From: Eledone cirrhosa | Taxonomy: Eukaryota | Assembly: GCA_964016885.1 (NCBI GenBank) | Contig: OZ024742.1 | Coordinates: 259,284,001-259,348,000, forward strand | DNA: 64,000 nucleotides | Reading direction: 5' to 3' | Shown here: positions 28,331 through 41,896 of the stretch, in pieces | How the letters are laid out: each line of letters opens with the position of its first letter | Numbering within the stretch: position 1 is the stretch's first letter | Notes under the pieces: model-generated | What the model was told of the DNA's origin: nothing | The model's input: the letters and a program-made list of their open reading frames with translations, nothing else | Database searches by the model: none | Translations under genes and position numbers: made by a program

Positions 28331-31300
28331 ATGACCTCACTCAGAATAGGCAGCATAAATGCGCGTGGTTTGGGGTCGTCATGGAAGCAGGGCCATCTGC
28401 TCAACAACCTCAGGTCACTAAACATAGATGTAGTGGGCATCAGCGAGCCCAGAATCTCCGAAGCACGGGCCTTCGCACCGATCTTCGGCAGCTACGATGT
28501 GTATGCATCTCCCAGCCGTCCTGGATCGGGAGTAGGAGTTGCTGTGCTTTTTCGGATAGGTTTGGATCTCGCCATACGGGCCATCTTCCTGGACCCAGAA
28601 AGTAAGTTGTTGGTGCTGGACGTGACCAACGGAGACGGGCAAGCTTTCAGGCTAGTGGCCATCTATGCCCCGACAGGAGCAGGGCGGCCTGATTTCTTCC
28701 GGCGTCTGGAGACCTTTCTTGGAACGTCCCGCTCTTTAGTGTTAGTGGGCGACTGGAACGGGATCTTAGATGCACGCAGGGACTGTGTGGGATTAGCGGA
28801 TAGGGGAGGATGGTGCAAGAGCCTCACCAACCTGCTCAGGCGTTTTGAGGTACCGATTAGATTTCCCGAATGTGCCAATCTGGACTTGGAGAAACCGCAT
28901 CGGGTCATCCAGATCATATCTAGATAGAGTATTTTGTAGGGAAATAGATAGGTCTAGCATAGGCTGTCCACAGTTCAAGATAGTCAGCTACACGGACCAC
29001 ACATTCGTGATCTATGTGGTTGACTTAGATAGGCTTCATAGACAAGGACCCGGCTACTGGAAGCTAAACGCGTCCTTACCGGCGCGCAAGGCCTACAGAG
29101 ACCGGATTAGCCAACTAGTTAAGCGGTCGTTGACGGGGGCCAGCGTCAACAACAAGTGGTGGTTAGCTCTGAAAAGAGCGATTATAATAGAGTCCATTAG
29201 GTTTAGTAAGGCTTTAGCTATAGCGAATAATAGAGCAGAGGGAGAACTAGTTAGCAAAGGCATCGCGACCGACGTACTTGCGGCGAAATTGGTCCTTGAC
29301 CAATTCTTCAATGCAAAGCACGAAGGCTGCGTTGTCAGATCTAGGATACGTGCTCTCAGACACGAGGGGACGAAAGCCGTTCAATGGGCCCGAGTGGCGG
29401 AGGCGCGTCGTGCCAACAAAGACACGATCCGGTCTTTGTTGGACCACGACTGGCGCATGATACTCGATCCCGGGCAAATGTATGAAGCTTTTCAGCGACA
29501 CTTCGCTCAGCTGTTCGGGGCAGCGGCGGGTCGGATGGAGGGTTGGACATTAGTGTCTACCTCGACGGACTGCCGCGGCTCTCTGCCACTGAGGCGGAGT
29601 GTTGCGAAAAGCCGATAACAGCCGCTGAAGTACGGGAGGCAATGACTGGCTGCACAAGGGGTAAATCGCCTGGTTTGGATCATCTGCGCTATGAATTTTA
29701 CGTACAGATGCCAGACTTGTTCGGAGGCCTCTTGGTGGACGTCTACTGCAACTGGCAACAGAACGGGAGAATTCCCATCTCTGTGAGCCGAGGAGCGGTG
29801 GCGCTGCTGAGAAAGGATCCGAACAAGGGGGATAACGTAGATAATTTCAGGCCCATAACTCTGCTAAACCAGAGTTCAAGATTTTGGCCAAGGTGCTAGT
29901 AAAGAGGTTGGCGCTTGTCGTTGGTGGTCTGGTGGGAGAAGCGCAGACATGCGCCATTCCCGACAGATCCATCCACGACAACCTCCACATCATGCGATAC
30001 ATCGTAGAGAGGGTAGCTAGGGAACATGGCACGGGTGGGTCCTTGATCAATTTAGATCAGTCGAAAGCTTTCGATAGGGTCGACCCTCGTTACCTAGCGG
30101 CAGTCCTGAGGGCCGCTGGCTTTGGGCCCGTCTTCAGAAGCTGGATCGCTGCCATGCAGAGCGACATCTGCTCTGTGGTGAGAGTGAACGGTCACCTTTC
30201 GAAACCGTTCAACATCATGCGCTCGTTCCGCCAAGGATGTCCCCTCTCGTCCCTCTTGTACGTATTGACTCTCGAGCCATTACTGCACAAAATGGAGACG
30301 TTGAGGGGGTCCCGCGCGAAGATCCGTGTCAGCAAATGCGGACGATGTCACCGCAGTGGTGTCGAACGCCAAACACATCGAGGCGATCGGCACTACACTA
30401 AGAGAATACGAAGCGGTGACAGGAGCAATGGTCAACCAGGAAAAGTCAGTGGGCCTGCAACTCGGCACCTGGAGAGGCAGTTCCATGCCGTCCAACAGCG
30501 TCGTCAGGCGCTGGACGGACGGACCGGTTAAATTGCTAGGGGTCTGGTTCAGTCGGGACCTCCAGATGGACAAAAACTGGGACGAGGTGACGAGCAGGGT
30601 GACTTCTCTCACCCAGTAATGGGCGGAGAGTAAGCTATCCCTGAAAGGTCGAGCGGAGGTGGCTTACGCGTACATCGCGTCCGTCATCTACTACCGCCTG
30701 AGCGTTGTACCTTGTCCTAAGCCTCGCCTTACTGCGCTGGAGCGCTTGCTCTTTCGCTTTTTCTGGAAGGGACGCGCTCCGATGGTCAGGCGGTCCATAT
30801 GCTGTTAACCACCGCTACGTGGGTGGCTGGGCATGCTGTGGCTGATGATGCGCAGACACGCGCTCAGGCTACGACATCTCCACCTCTTCCTCGACGGTGA
30901 TCAGGTGTGGTCGCTGTTTGCTAGACGCGTCTTTCCCCAGCTCGTCTCCTTGACGGAGCTGCATTCCTGGGTCAAGCGAAGACCGAGAGGGAGCGCTTGG
31001 AGACTGGAATGTCTTCAGGCGCTCACAGCCCTCGACCAATCGGGCAATGTGATCGGTGGAAACTCCACCTTGGCGTTCTATAGAGGATTAGTGGAGGGGA
31101 AGAGCGACGAAAATCAACTAGCCAATCTCTTCGGAAGAACTCTCAGGCCGGGGCCTATGGACAACTTCCAGAAATCCCTGGCCTGGCAGTGCTACCGAGA
31201 AGCTTTGCCAGTTCGGGATAAACTCTACAGGCATGGAGGTGCCGTCAGCCGGGCATGTCCGAGATGCGCGCAGGGCGACGAAACCGTCCTGCACGCACTC

Positions 31301-31618
31301 GTCCAGTGTCCGAGCATTGCTGACTCGTGGGTTTATGTCGAACACCTTCTGTCGCGTGTAGGACGGATCCGGCTATCAGCTGAGTCCATCGTGAGGATTG
31401 CCCCGCCCTCTTCCTTTAGCCGGGAAGGGCAGGCAATTTTTATCTGTCTGGTGGCCATGGCGAAAGAGATAGTATGGTGGACACGTTTGAAAGGGCTGAA
31501 GACGAGCACTTACCTCTTCGGTCATGCCCTGATTAACTTTTTCAAATCTCATTTGAAAAGGAAAATCAGGGTAGAAAGGAAGTGCTCTCTTCCCAGCATT
31601 GTGTTGAAAGATGGGTGA
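28331..31618 (+). pseudogene. Tx1 ORF2: APE endonuclease + reverse transcriptase + zinc finger, disrupted
   Basis: SINARGL, IYAP, GDWN, YLDR, YTDH, YWKLN, KSPGLD, NFRPITLLN, LDQSKAFDRV, RQGCPLS, ANADDV (mutated YADD), CPRC...ETVLHALVQC. Multiple frameshifts and stops. Confidence 0.93.
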
Positions 31619-31947
31619 GAGAAGCAAGAATGGCCCGAGTGAATGAGTATGCGTCTGTAAGTATGTACTCTGAGTATGTGTCTGTAAATTAAAGGTGGAA
31701 AACTGGGAGAGGGCACTTGCCCTGGTGGTCAGAGACACTGTGGCCTTTTAATGGGCTTTCTCCACAAATGCCCCTCCGAAGTCTCCCCCGTATTGGGGAA
31801 TTTTTCATTGTTATTTTTGATTACATCCTCTGTTTTTGTTTTTTACACGCAAAAATGCCCATTTGTACCGTCCTGTATTGTCCTGTACTGTCCTTAATGC
31901 CTACTTTATGTAAACCCTTGTGGTTAATAAAGAAAGTATTATTATTA

Positions 31948-31988
<41 letters not shown>

Positions 31989-32447
31989 GGAAAATATGGT
32001 AGAGAGGAAGGAGCTGACCTTCAATGTAGGGTCAATGTGGTGAGATTTATGTGACTGAATGGACTTATATTCCTGAGAGAGAACGGCAGATTATTCTAGA
32101 TTTTATGAGACTTTCTCCTGGGATTACCCTAAAGCACCCTCCCCTTCTATCGGGGAATTATTCTTAAAATAACTCATTGTTTTATATTGTCATCATGACT
32201 ATCTGTTACAATTATTATTACTAGAGTGGTGGAATGGCAGAATTATTAAAGAAAAATCGAGCAAAATAGTTCTGGTCATTTAATTACCGCCTTGCACGTT
32301 TTGATTTCGAACCCCACCTTTCGTTCTGCCGAATGATAATAAAATAATGTTCAAGTCCAGGAGTTGGGTGGATATAATCAACTCTCATCTCCCAATTCCC
32401 CACCTTGTGCCATCTGCCTCAACTAAAAGCCATTATTAATTTAAAAT

Positions 32448-32642
32448 GGCGGTGAATTGGCAGTATCGGTAGAGGGGCGGACGCCATGCTTTGATGCATG
32501 GAGTTACGGCCCTTGCCATTCTCAGTTCAAATCCCGCCGAGGTTAACTTTGCCTTTCATCCTAACGGGTGTCGATAAAGTAAAGTACCAGTAATACACTG
32601 GCATAATTGCTGGCCTTGTGCCTATTGTAGAAATAATTATTA
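32448..32642 (+). mobile_element. tRNA-derived SINE, full length
   Basis: GGCGGTGAATTGGCAGTATCGG...GGCCTTGTGCCTATTGTAGAAATAATTAT. Confidence 0.9.
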
Positions 32643-32676
32643 ATTAGAACTTTGTTTTTCCTGTTTTTGTTTCTAG

Positions 32677-32813
32677 GTAAGTGGCTCCCGAGCGTCTACT
32701 TCCGCGCCAAACTCTACAATTATCATGCATCATTGGAGCGTGACCCACGCCTACAGGTGACCGAACGTCCCTTCATATTTATATATATTGCCGTTGACAC
32801 TGTCTTTTAGGAG
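32677..32813 (+). other. Putative 137-nt exon whose first bases are themselves a 5' splice site (recursive-splicing-like)
   Basis: Polypyrimidine tract TTTGTTTTTCCTGTTTTTGTTTCTAG|GTAAGT and downstream donor GAG|GTAAGT at 32814. Stops occur in all three frames. Confidence 0.4.
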
Positions 32814-33008
32814 GTAAGTCACAACAATTTAATATAAAAAATAACACTAAGAAAAATACTTCTGAATGTCAGAAGCGTCTTTTCATACTTTTTATGCATG
32901 CATAATACATCTATGTATTTCTTCCAGGTTTCAACTCTCTAATTTCAAAACACATCGTGATTTCTACCTAGCCCAGTGCCGACGGGGTTATGCACACCCA
33001 AACATACA

Positions 33009-33083
<75 letters not shown>

Positions 33084-33362
33084 GCATACACTATATATAT
33101 ATATACATACGTTATATATCTATATAATATACATACGTTTATTATATCTATATAATTTATATATACATAGACCGAGCTGAAGATACTTGGTTTGGTGAAC
33201 TAACTCTTGTGGAACTACTTCTAATATTTATACATATATATAATATATATATATATGTGTTTCTTTTTTCTTCATTATCCATTATCTCTGTGATGTGGTT
33301 TCAAATAGATCCTTGGCGTAAATCAATTAAGTAATGTATTAAAAATATGTTATTTATTTATT

Positions 33363-33481
<119 letters not shown>

Positions 33482-33494
33482 GTGTGTGTGTTTA

Positions 33495-33641
33495 AAACAC
33501 TTAGAGAAATGAAAAAATCTTACAATGAAATTACCATTTATAACAGAAGAAAGGAATCTAGGCAACCTTGTAATTAACGAAGCATTAATCATAGCCAAAG
33601 CAAACCCACAAATCAATAATAAATTGGAATTAAGCACATAA
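33495..33641 (+). pseudogene. Penelope-like GIY-YIG endonuclease C-terminal fragment
   Basis: Hand translation KHLEK*KNLTMKLPFITEERNLGNLVINEALIIAKANPQINNKLELST* matches the PLE LxIxEALxIxxxxPxIN motif. Directly follows (TG)n. Confidence 0.6.
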
Positions 33642-33696
33642 TCCCTTGCATAGAACTAGACATACAAGATCTAACTGAGAAGACCACAGACTCTAT

Positions 33697-33964
33697 AGTT
33701 ACGTCCCTTTACGATCTGAGTTCAAATCCCGCCGAGGTTGACTTTGCCTTTCATCCTTCCGGGGTCGATAGAATAAAGTACCAGTAATGCACTGAGTAAT
33801 TGCTGGCCTTGTGCCTAATGTAGAAACAATTATTTATCTGTTCAAATGAGTTCAAATACCGCCGAGGTTAACTTTGCCTTTCATCCTTACGGGGTCGATA
33901 AAATAAAGTACCAGTAATGTACTGGGTAATTGCTGGCCTTGTGCCAAATGTAGAAACAATTATT
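33697..33964 (+). mobile_element. Two tandem 5'-truncated tRNA-derived SINEs
   Basis: SINE core and tail repeated, each followed by TTATTTATCTGT. Confidence 0.9.
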
Positions 33965-34495
33965 TATCTGTAAGATAAATGATATTCCTTCATTTGTTTA
34001 CACGATTATATCCATGAATGTATGCGTATTTTGTGCGTGCACATGTATGTATGTGCACATGTATGTTTGTGCGTGCACATGTATGTATGTGCACATGTAT
34101 GTTTGTGCGTACACATGTATGTATGTGCTTGTGCGTCAGCACGTATTAATTTATATGTGTTTATGTAGATTTAAAGGGAAATAACTCTGTGCTCCCTTTG
34201 ACCTGTCCAAACCTTTAATTTTTAAAACAAAAGAGGTTGAAGAAAATTAATAAAAATAAAACCACTTCCGATAGTATAACACGCTATATCGAACAGTGGA
34301 TTAGTCCCTTTTATTTTCCCCGAAAGAAGAGATTTTAATCTCGAAATATCAGGACATATAAGTAAACGAAGGTAAAACACACAACACCTGGTTTTACTCT
34401 TTATTTCTTTATTTATTCGTCCATTTCGCATTGTCGTGGCTTTCAAACTTCAAACTTTATATATTATACACAATGCTTGAAGTAAACTACAAATT

Positions 34496-34562
<67 letters not shown>

Positions 34563-34861
34563 CGAAGGAAATGTGGTAAGGAACCAGATGGACCGTAACG
34601 CACCAAAGTGTGTGTGTAAAAGGTAAACAGAAATAGCAACACAATCGGTACAATATATGGAAAGCATATATTAGGTTAACTCTTGAAATAGCAGGAAGAC
34701 GGTCTTAACATTTCGGAAAACCGAATGAGAAATAAGATAGATTGAAGGAATAGGCGGGGTGGAATTTGAAAAAATGTCTTTAGATAAAAACAACAGGTCC
34801 ACATACATATACACATACACTCATGCACACTCACACACGTACACACACGCACACGCACACA

Positions 34862-34892
<31 letters not shown>

Positions 34893-36647
34893 GCACATAC
34901 GGAGCCTTCTGCACCAAATCCAGTGGTTCCTAAACATTTATTTTTCACTCAGTGAACTTTGGACCCTTAGAAGAAGTAAAAATATTTGGCGCACAAAATT
35001 TGGTGTGCTTGAATTCAAACATTTATTGACAAGAGCTATTTATAGATATTAGCATAACATAAATAGTAAGTATAGATACTTAAGAATACAAAAGTATTAT
35101 TTGTATGCCTTCTTTAGTCAATAAATAGTGCAAGAAATACTTAATGTTTTTTGGCAACGTTTTCATTCTTCGAATCTTTGTTTCCTATTTCGACACTTTT
35201 ATATGAATTTTATTATAAATTTGAATTTTTATTTTTTCTATTTTGAAATAAAATCTTGCTTTTTAGCGTGTCACCTCATAACATTTCGTGGTACAGATGT
35301 ACCCAATGACGCACAGTTTTGGAACTACCATTGACGTAGTAAAAATGTATATTAATACATTCATCCGCACAATATCATGAATGTAGCTACATACCAACAT
35401 GAATACATACACAGACATGCATGCTTTGCCACTTTCATACATAACACACATAAACACCAAAAACTTGAACATTTCAATATGGATGTATATTCATCGATTG
35501 AGAAACAGGAGCCGTGCCGGAAAAGGAACATGCATAATTAACTGTTTGTTCATTGAGCTAGAATCCACAGTGATTAACAGAACTGGCGGCGAATATAGTA
35601 TCGCCGTGGGGGTTTTGTTACAAAAGACTGTACAGCAGAAACTGTTATTAGAGAGCTAATTGTTTATCATTTAAAACTGCCTTTTGAACAAAGTGAATGA
35701 AAATTGGAACCGATACGATGCGCCAAGATATTAAGAAATGGTAAAAAGGAAAACAAGAACGTGACCGGGAGGCAAAGGCTAGGTGAGCAGCAGGAAGAAT
35801 CTTTGCCAATCTTTGCCAGATGTAGTCAGTTGCCAAGTTGGCATTATAACATTCTTAGATTTCTACTGATTGTGAGAGTTCTATTGAAAATTTAATGAAG
35901 AACCTGCTTTTTTGAATGTAAAGAAAATGACGATATACACTTTAGTAGTAGTGGATAGATGGATGTGTTGTAAAGATGAGGTGAATGACTTTTGTAGAAG
36001 GATGAGATGGATGGATATGGGGTGTGATTTGATGAAAGGAAGGCGTGTATGGGTGTGGTGTAAGGATGAGGTGAATGGCTGTTGGGGTGAAGGCATGTAA
36101 TTAATGGAGGCATGGATGTGAAGGATGGCTGTGATGGAGGGAAGTGGGGGATGGCTGGGGCGGATAACTGTTGAGGGATGGTTGTGTTGGATGGCTGTGG
36201 TGAAGGGATGGTTGTGTTGGATGAATGTGGTGGTGGGGTGGCTATTGTAATTTCTAAAACTGCTTGATTAGATAATAAAACCGTTTTATTGTTTTCAAAA
36301 TGGTTTAGTGTTTATTATGCATTACGTTCCGGGGTAGATAGAAACGTTTTGGATTGCCAGCAGATACATTATATATTCATCAAAAGCGCCAGCTTTATCA
36401 TACACTCTTATGTTGAATCTCCCTGAGAGATACGTTAAAGATACACGTAAGTCTTGTATGCTCAGCCTCTTACACATTAATTTCATAATCAGGTACATCT
36501 GTTGATCGAACAATTGGAACTTTCATTGTCAAATCCGATGGGGATCCATACCATTATATATGAGTGTATGTTTGCGTATGTATGTATGTATGTATGTATG
36601 TATGTATGTATGTATGTATGTATGTATGTATGTATGTATGTATGTAT

Positions 36648-37257
36648 GTCAGGTCACCAGTTGGTGCTACTGGTAACATGTATTCCAGTACAACCTGTCC
36701 CATGGTCGGGTCGTTGGCGACTAAACTGGCAACCCCACCAAGGTTTCTTGGTGAGGAGGGTGACTTTGGACATCCTGCAGGACTAAAAACAAAACCTGTC
36801 AAAAGGCAAAGGAGCTCTTAAGAGTCAATGGCCATCCAAAATCACCGGGAGAGATGACCCCTTAGCCTTTGTCAAGGCAGAATTCTAGGAGAAGGAAAAC
36901 TCTGATATAACACCTGCAACCCTGATGGTATCCAATGATGTTGACTTGTTCTTCTTTTTGGTAAATATCATCTTGGTTAAGAGAGTGGGACTGGCTTTGT
37001 GCAGTGCCTTTGCTCACTATAAAAGCTTCACGGCACAGGCATTGCTTTATATCTGGAGATCTCTCTGCATTTGTCGTCACATGGTACCATGGGCCCAGCA
37101 CTATGTGTCAATAATTGTCACAAGTGTAGTGTTTGTACCAGAGCTTTCAAGTCGCTGGCTGGACTAAAAAGTCACACTCGTTCAGCGCATCAGTAGAGGT
37201 TCTCCTACATGGATATAAAGTAGTGGCCGTACTCGAAAACGAGTTGGCAGCCACCAT
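36648..37257 (+). mobile_element. Non-autonomous bipartite RTE-derived element, copy 2, in (ATGT)n; followed by a diverged relative at ~37345-37697
   Basis: Near-identical to 24257-24866; C2H2 [22 protein letters not shown]; (TATG)n on both sides. Confidence 0.85.
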
Positions 37258-37927
37258 GTATGTATGTATGTATGTATGTATATATTATGTATATAGATTT
37301 ATGCATGTGTATGTATATACATGAATGCATGTGCATGTATATGCGAGGGGACAGAAATAATCGGACTGGATAACCGATCGCGCTGTTAAACCACTGGGAG
37401 TGAAGGACCCCTAGCCTTTGTCAGGGCATTCTTCTAGAAGGCAACTCAGGAAACTGGGATAACTCCGACATAAAACATGCGGCTCAGTAGTTGATCTACA
37501 GATGATGTTGATCTGTTCTTCTTTTCGGGTTATAGCTACTGTCGCTCAGAGAGTGGGATTAGCTCAGTGCACAGTCTTTCCTCACTTTAAAAAAATCTTC
37601 ACGCACAGGCGTTGCACGGTAGCATTAACTGATAATTATTAATCATGTTGTATCGTGCAATGGCTATACTCGATATCGAGGGGGCAGCCATCATCATGTA
37701 TGTATGTATGTATGTATGTATGTATGAGGTGCTGTGGATTGACAGAATCGTTCAATCGACGGACAAACTGCTTTGAAGTGTTCCATTCTAGGTCATTATG
37801 TTCTGCGCTCAACACCCAACGAGTTTAAGTTGGTCTTGCCTTCATCCCAAGTTGATAAAATAATTGACTCATCAAGTAAATGTCGATTTATTCGGCTTTT
37901 TCTCCCCTCACAGTTCTGACATTATCG

Positions 37928-38105
37928 TGGATTGACAGTTTCGGTAGAGGGTCGGACGCCATGCTTTACAGCACAGTTATGTCCCTTTATGGACTGAGTT
38001 CAAATCCCGCCGTGGTTAACTTTGGCTTTCATCCTTACGGGGTCGATAAAATAAAGTACCAGTAATGCACTGGGTAATTGCTGGCCTTGTGCCAAAAGTA
38101 GAAAC

Positions 38106-38110
<5 letters not shown>
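37928..38110 (+). mobile_element. tRNA-derived SINE
   Basis: Matches the family consensus. Confidence 0.9.
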
Positions 38111-38145
<35 letters not shown>

Positions 38146-40719
38146 CTGCGAATCTCCACAGGCGCCTCTAGGGCTAGCATATCTATTTGATAATTGCCCT
38201 TAAGCGCGAAATTCCTGACCCTTGAGTTACTGGTTTAGCTTTACTGCTCATGTGTCAGTCACCGTATTAGATTTACATATTAAATCAAATTACATCGCTA
38301 CGTGTTCAAAATACCACATTACCAATATGTAACATTCCCCTTTTACTCTCCTGTCACCAATCACCTAACTTCAATGCAAAGAAATCGACACTAAACCAAC
38401 GTTATCCTCGAATTCAAACAAGCGCAATCTATAAACCTATACGTTTTCTTACCCACTAGTTACAAAGCACATTATACATAAAGTTAAACTAACCACACCC
38501 CTAAGAACCACACCCAAAGACGTCCAGCATATAAACACCCAACTGCACCCAACCTAGATTATACATATAATATAATGTATGCATAGGGCATAACCCCCTC
38601 AAATAGTTGCTATATAACACAAACCAGATTGTCAAATGCTCAGAAAGTGATACGCCGCACTTCAAACACAGTTTCAAATCTAAAGATCTGTGTAATGAAA
38701 GTCGTATATACACCACATTTCTTCCATTTCCTCATTTGCTCATTTAATATCTCTATCTTGACACTCACCTTATGTTCATTTGTCTACTTCTTTTACAGTT
38801 GCTTCTCTGTATACATAAGAAGATTAAGCGATGAAGATGCATTCGTAATCCAAACGCCAAAATGTCTCCTCTCTTCGCGGCTTCCTTCCTGTTTATCTAT
38901 TAGCTCCACTCTTATAATTCCCCCTAACGTAAACTCTTTATACTTCTTCCTCGATATAGCTATTTATCTATATATCTCCTCGTCTTGCCCATATATCTTT
39001 CCATTTTCTATTTGTCATTCGCTCAACGTAGTTCCTTTCTTCTTTTGCCCTTCCCGTTCACTATCGCAGTGCCTCATTACACCCCTTTTCTATCCCATTC
39101 TTCCTTTAATTTGCCATTTTTCTTTCTTCTTTTGGCTTCGGTTTCCCAATTTCATTGCAATTTTGAACTTCTTAGAAGCCTAGAGTGTTAAGTACAATGA
39201 AATTTCTGACAATGATGGAGTATCCAGTCAAACTGAAGTTAAGGGCACCAGTATTACTCTTGCGAAAACTTATCCGAAATCTTAATTTATTTGCAGATAA
39301 CTACCAACAAAATTTCTTTCTGGTCTTTCTTTTTCTTCGATTATTTCAACACCACTTTGGCTTGGCTTTGTGCTGCAATTGCTGTAAAATCATAGTTAAA
39401 TGCGTGCTTTCTCTGGTAATAGATCTGGATATACATAGGTAATAAATATATATATACACGAAATGATAAAGCGATTCTGTGCGCTCGATTCTATTCCAGG
39501 TCGGAGCCAGCAAACTTCACTAAATCCAATGAACGCTCAAAATAAAACTCAGTGTATAATTCTTCTTGATGTCATATATACATGCCACATCATGTAATGT
39601 TTACTAGAATAGAATTAAGTAATGCTTCTCCCAGTAAGCAAAACGTAAGATGTATATATGTGTATGTATGTATATATATATATGTTTGCGTGTGTGTGTA
39701 CATAGGTACAACAGGGATTTTCCGACACTTATGATTGTAGACACGTGCTGAATTATCAGATTTTGATGACTAACAGAAATCATGTAATGATAGTTCGGTA
39801 TAAATTCATAGGAGACTGCTGTCACGTTATTAATATGTTTGTAATAAAACCTTTACAACTCAGATAACACGGTATGAAGGCAAAAATACTCTCCCAAGAT
39901 CCTAACAATAATAGAGGCGTATCTGAAAGCCTAATATAATATATGCTTTTATATACGCATCTATTCTAAATCACGTTATGTTTGTAACACTGTTAAGGAA
40001 CTATAATCTTATAAAAGGAGATATTTTGATAGCCGTACAGTACCTGGAAGTCTTAACTAAAGATGAATGTAAGCAAGGCAGAAAAATAATTTCTCCCAAA
40101 TCAGTAGCTGCTAATATATAGATATTAAACAAGTTACAATGTCTCTTGTTGCCATTCAGTAAACGACTCGGGTAAGTCACAGAAAATGCAAGCATCCTTC
40201 CATAAATTGTGATAGTTGTCTGCCTACAAATAGCTGAACATTTTGGTTTGTACCTCTTGTATTTTCCATTGATCTCCGATTGGGAATTTCTACATTGTTT
40301 TTGTTCTTCCAACTGCATTGCTACCTTCAGCTGAGCCAAACAGCAATGATGCAACCGGGCAGTGTTTAACGTCTATTGGTTCATTATGTTACTATTAATC
40401 TCTGGTCCGGTATTGAATCATCATTCTCAAGTTCGCTAATAAACGTTTGGTTTGACAAGCGTTTTAGCAAGTCCTAAATATATACATTGATGAGACTTGG
40501 AAAGGATAAAACCGCTAAATTCTAATTTTAAACAATCATATGCGGGTTTCAATTTCTTGCAGTCAACCTTGACCAACTTTCCTGTCTTCATGAGAACTTT
40601 TCACAACTATTATTTTTAGTGATCGACAATAATTACTGTCATTTGCGTAAAGATGACTGTATTACAAATTTTAAATTATCTCAATGCGTCACGAGTCAAT
40701 CGGCTATTTATACTTATAA

Positions 40720-40905
40720 TTGTTTCTATTTGGGGCACAAGGTCAGCAATTATCCCAGTGCTTTACTGGTACTTTATGTTATCGACCCCGTAAGGATGAA
40801 AGGCAAAGTTAACCTCAGCCAGATTTGAACACAATCCGTAAAGGGACGTAACTATATGCTGCAAAGCACGCCGTCCGATTCTCTAAAAGTTGTACTGCGA
40901 ATACA
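40720..40905 (-). mobile_element. tRNA-derived SINE
   Basis: Reverse complement of the family consensus. Confidence 0.85.
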
Positions 40906-41234
40906 CCGTGACTTAAAGTCTACTAGAAATGCGAAATTAGCGACCAACAACTCTTTAGAATAATATTTAGTCCAGTCATACGCCAACTAACACATGCGGG
41001 GTAGGTTCGTCGTAGACGAAGCTTTCAAATTCTTTCATGTCTCTTTTCTCAGTTTTCTCAACTAAAAAGAGATCAACAATTATTAGAGTCATTTGCATTA
41101 GGATGATAACATTTTATATATATATATATATATATACACACACAAACAGAGAAGGTGAGAAAGAAATTATTAGTTGTACAATGGGATAAAGGCAATAATA
41201 GTATAATTCTTGCATCGTATATATTCAAGCGTGT

Positions 41235-41371
<137 letters not shown>

Positions 41372-41831
41372 ATCATATATATATTTATATATATGTCTGT
41401 GTGGTATATGTTTGTTCTTTTGCGTATATTTCAAGCATTAATAAATGATGTTAAGAACGTCACCGCCACACTGACTGTGTAATATGTTGGGCTAACTTCC
41501 TTCCTATCAATGAATATAATCGTTTCTTACCAAAGGTTTCTACTTCAACTTTTACCAAGTAGCTTTCTGCCTTGATAACTAACCTGAGTTCAACCATCGC
41601 TCAAACAAACTGCATTATCGTTGACTCTTTACGTAAATCCCATTATATTTATCGTTCCAGTCTACTGAATACGCCGTGACCTTTCTTTAAGCTGCTTACA
41701 CTGATAGACACAAAATAGCCATACAAACAAGCTGACTAGATTCACTCATATATAGAACTTCTCGCTCGCTCTTTAACTCCCTGTCTCTCTCTCCCACTCT
41801 CTTACACACACTGTCTTTCTCCCTCTGTCTC

Positions 41832-41896
<65 letters not shown>

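Larger units (their letters stand above)
26164..31937 (+). mobile_element. Full-length, degraded Tx1-clade non-LTR retrotransposon inserted in (ATT)n
   Basis: ORF1 + ORF2 layout, AATAAA-containing 3' end, (ATT)n tracts on both flanks (26067-26163 and 31938-31988). Confidence 0.9.

Noticed and set aside
38460-38760. Possible GIY-YIG remnant (YITQT)
   Set aside because: Too degraded to call without a profile search.
40001-40354. 117-aa minus-strand ORF, possibly a decayed transposase
   Set aside because: No diagnostic motif recognised with confidence.
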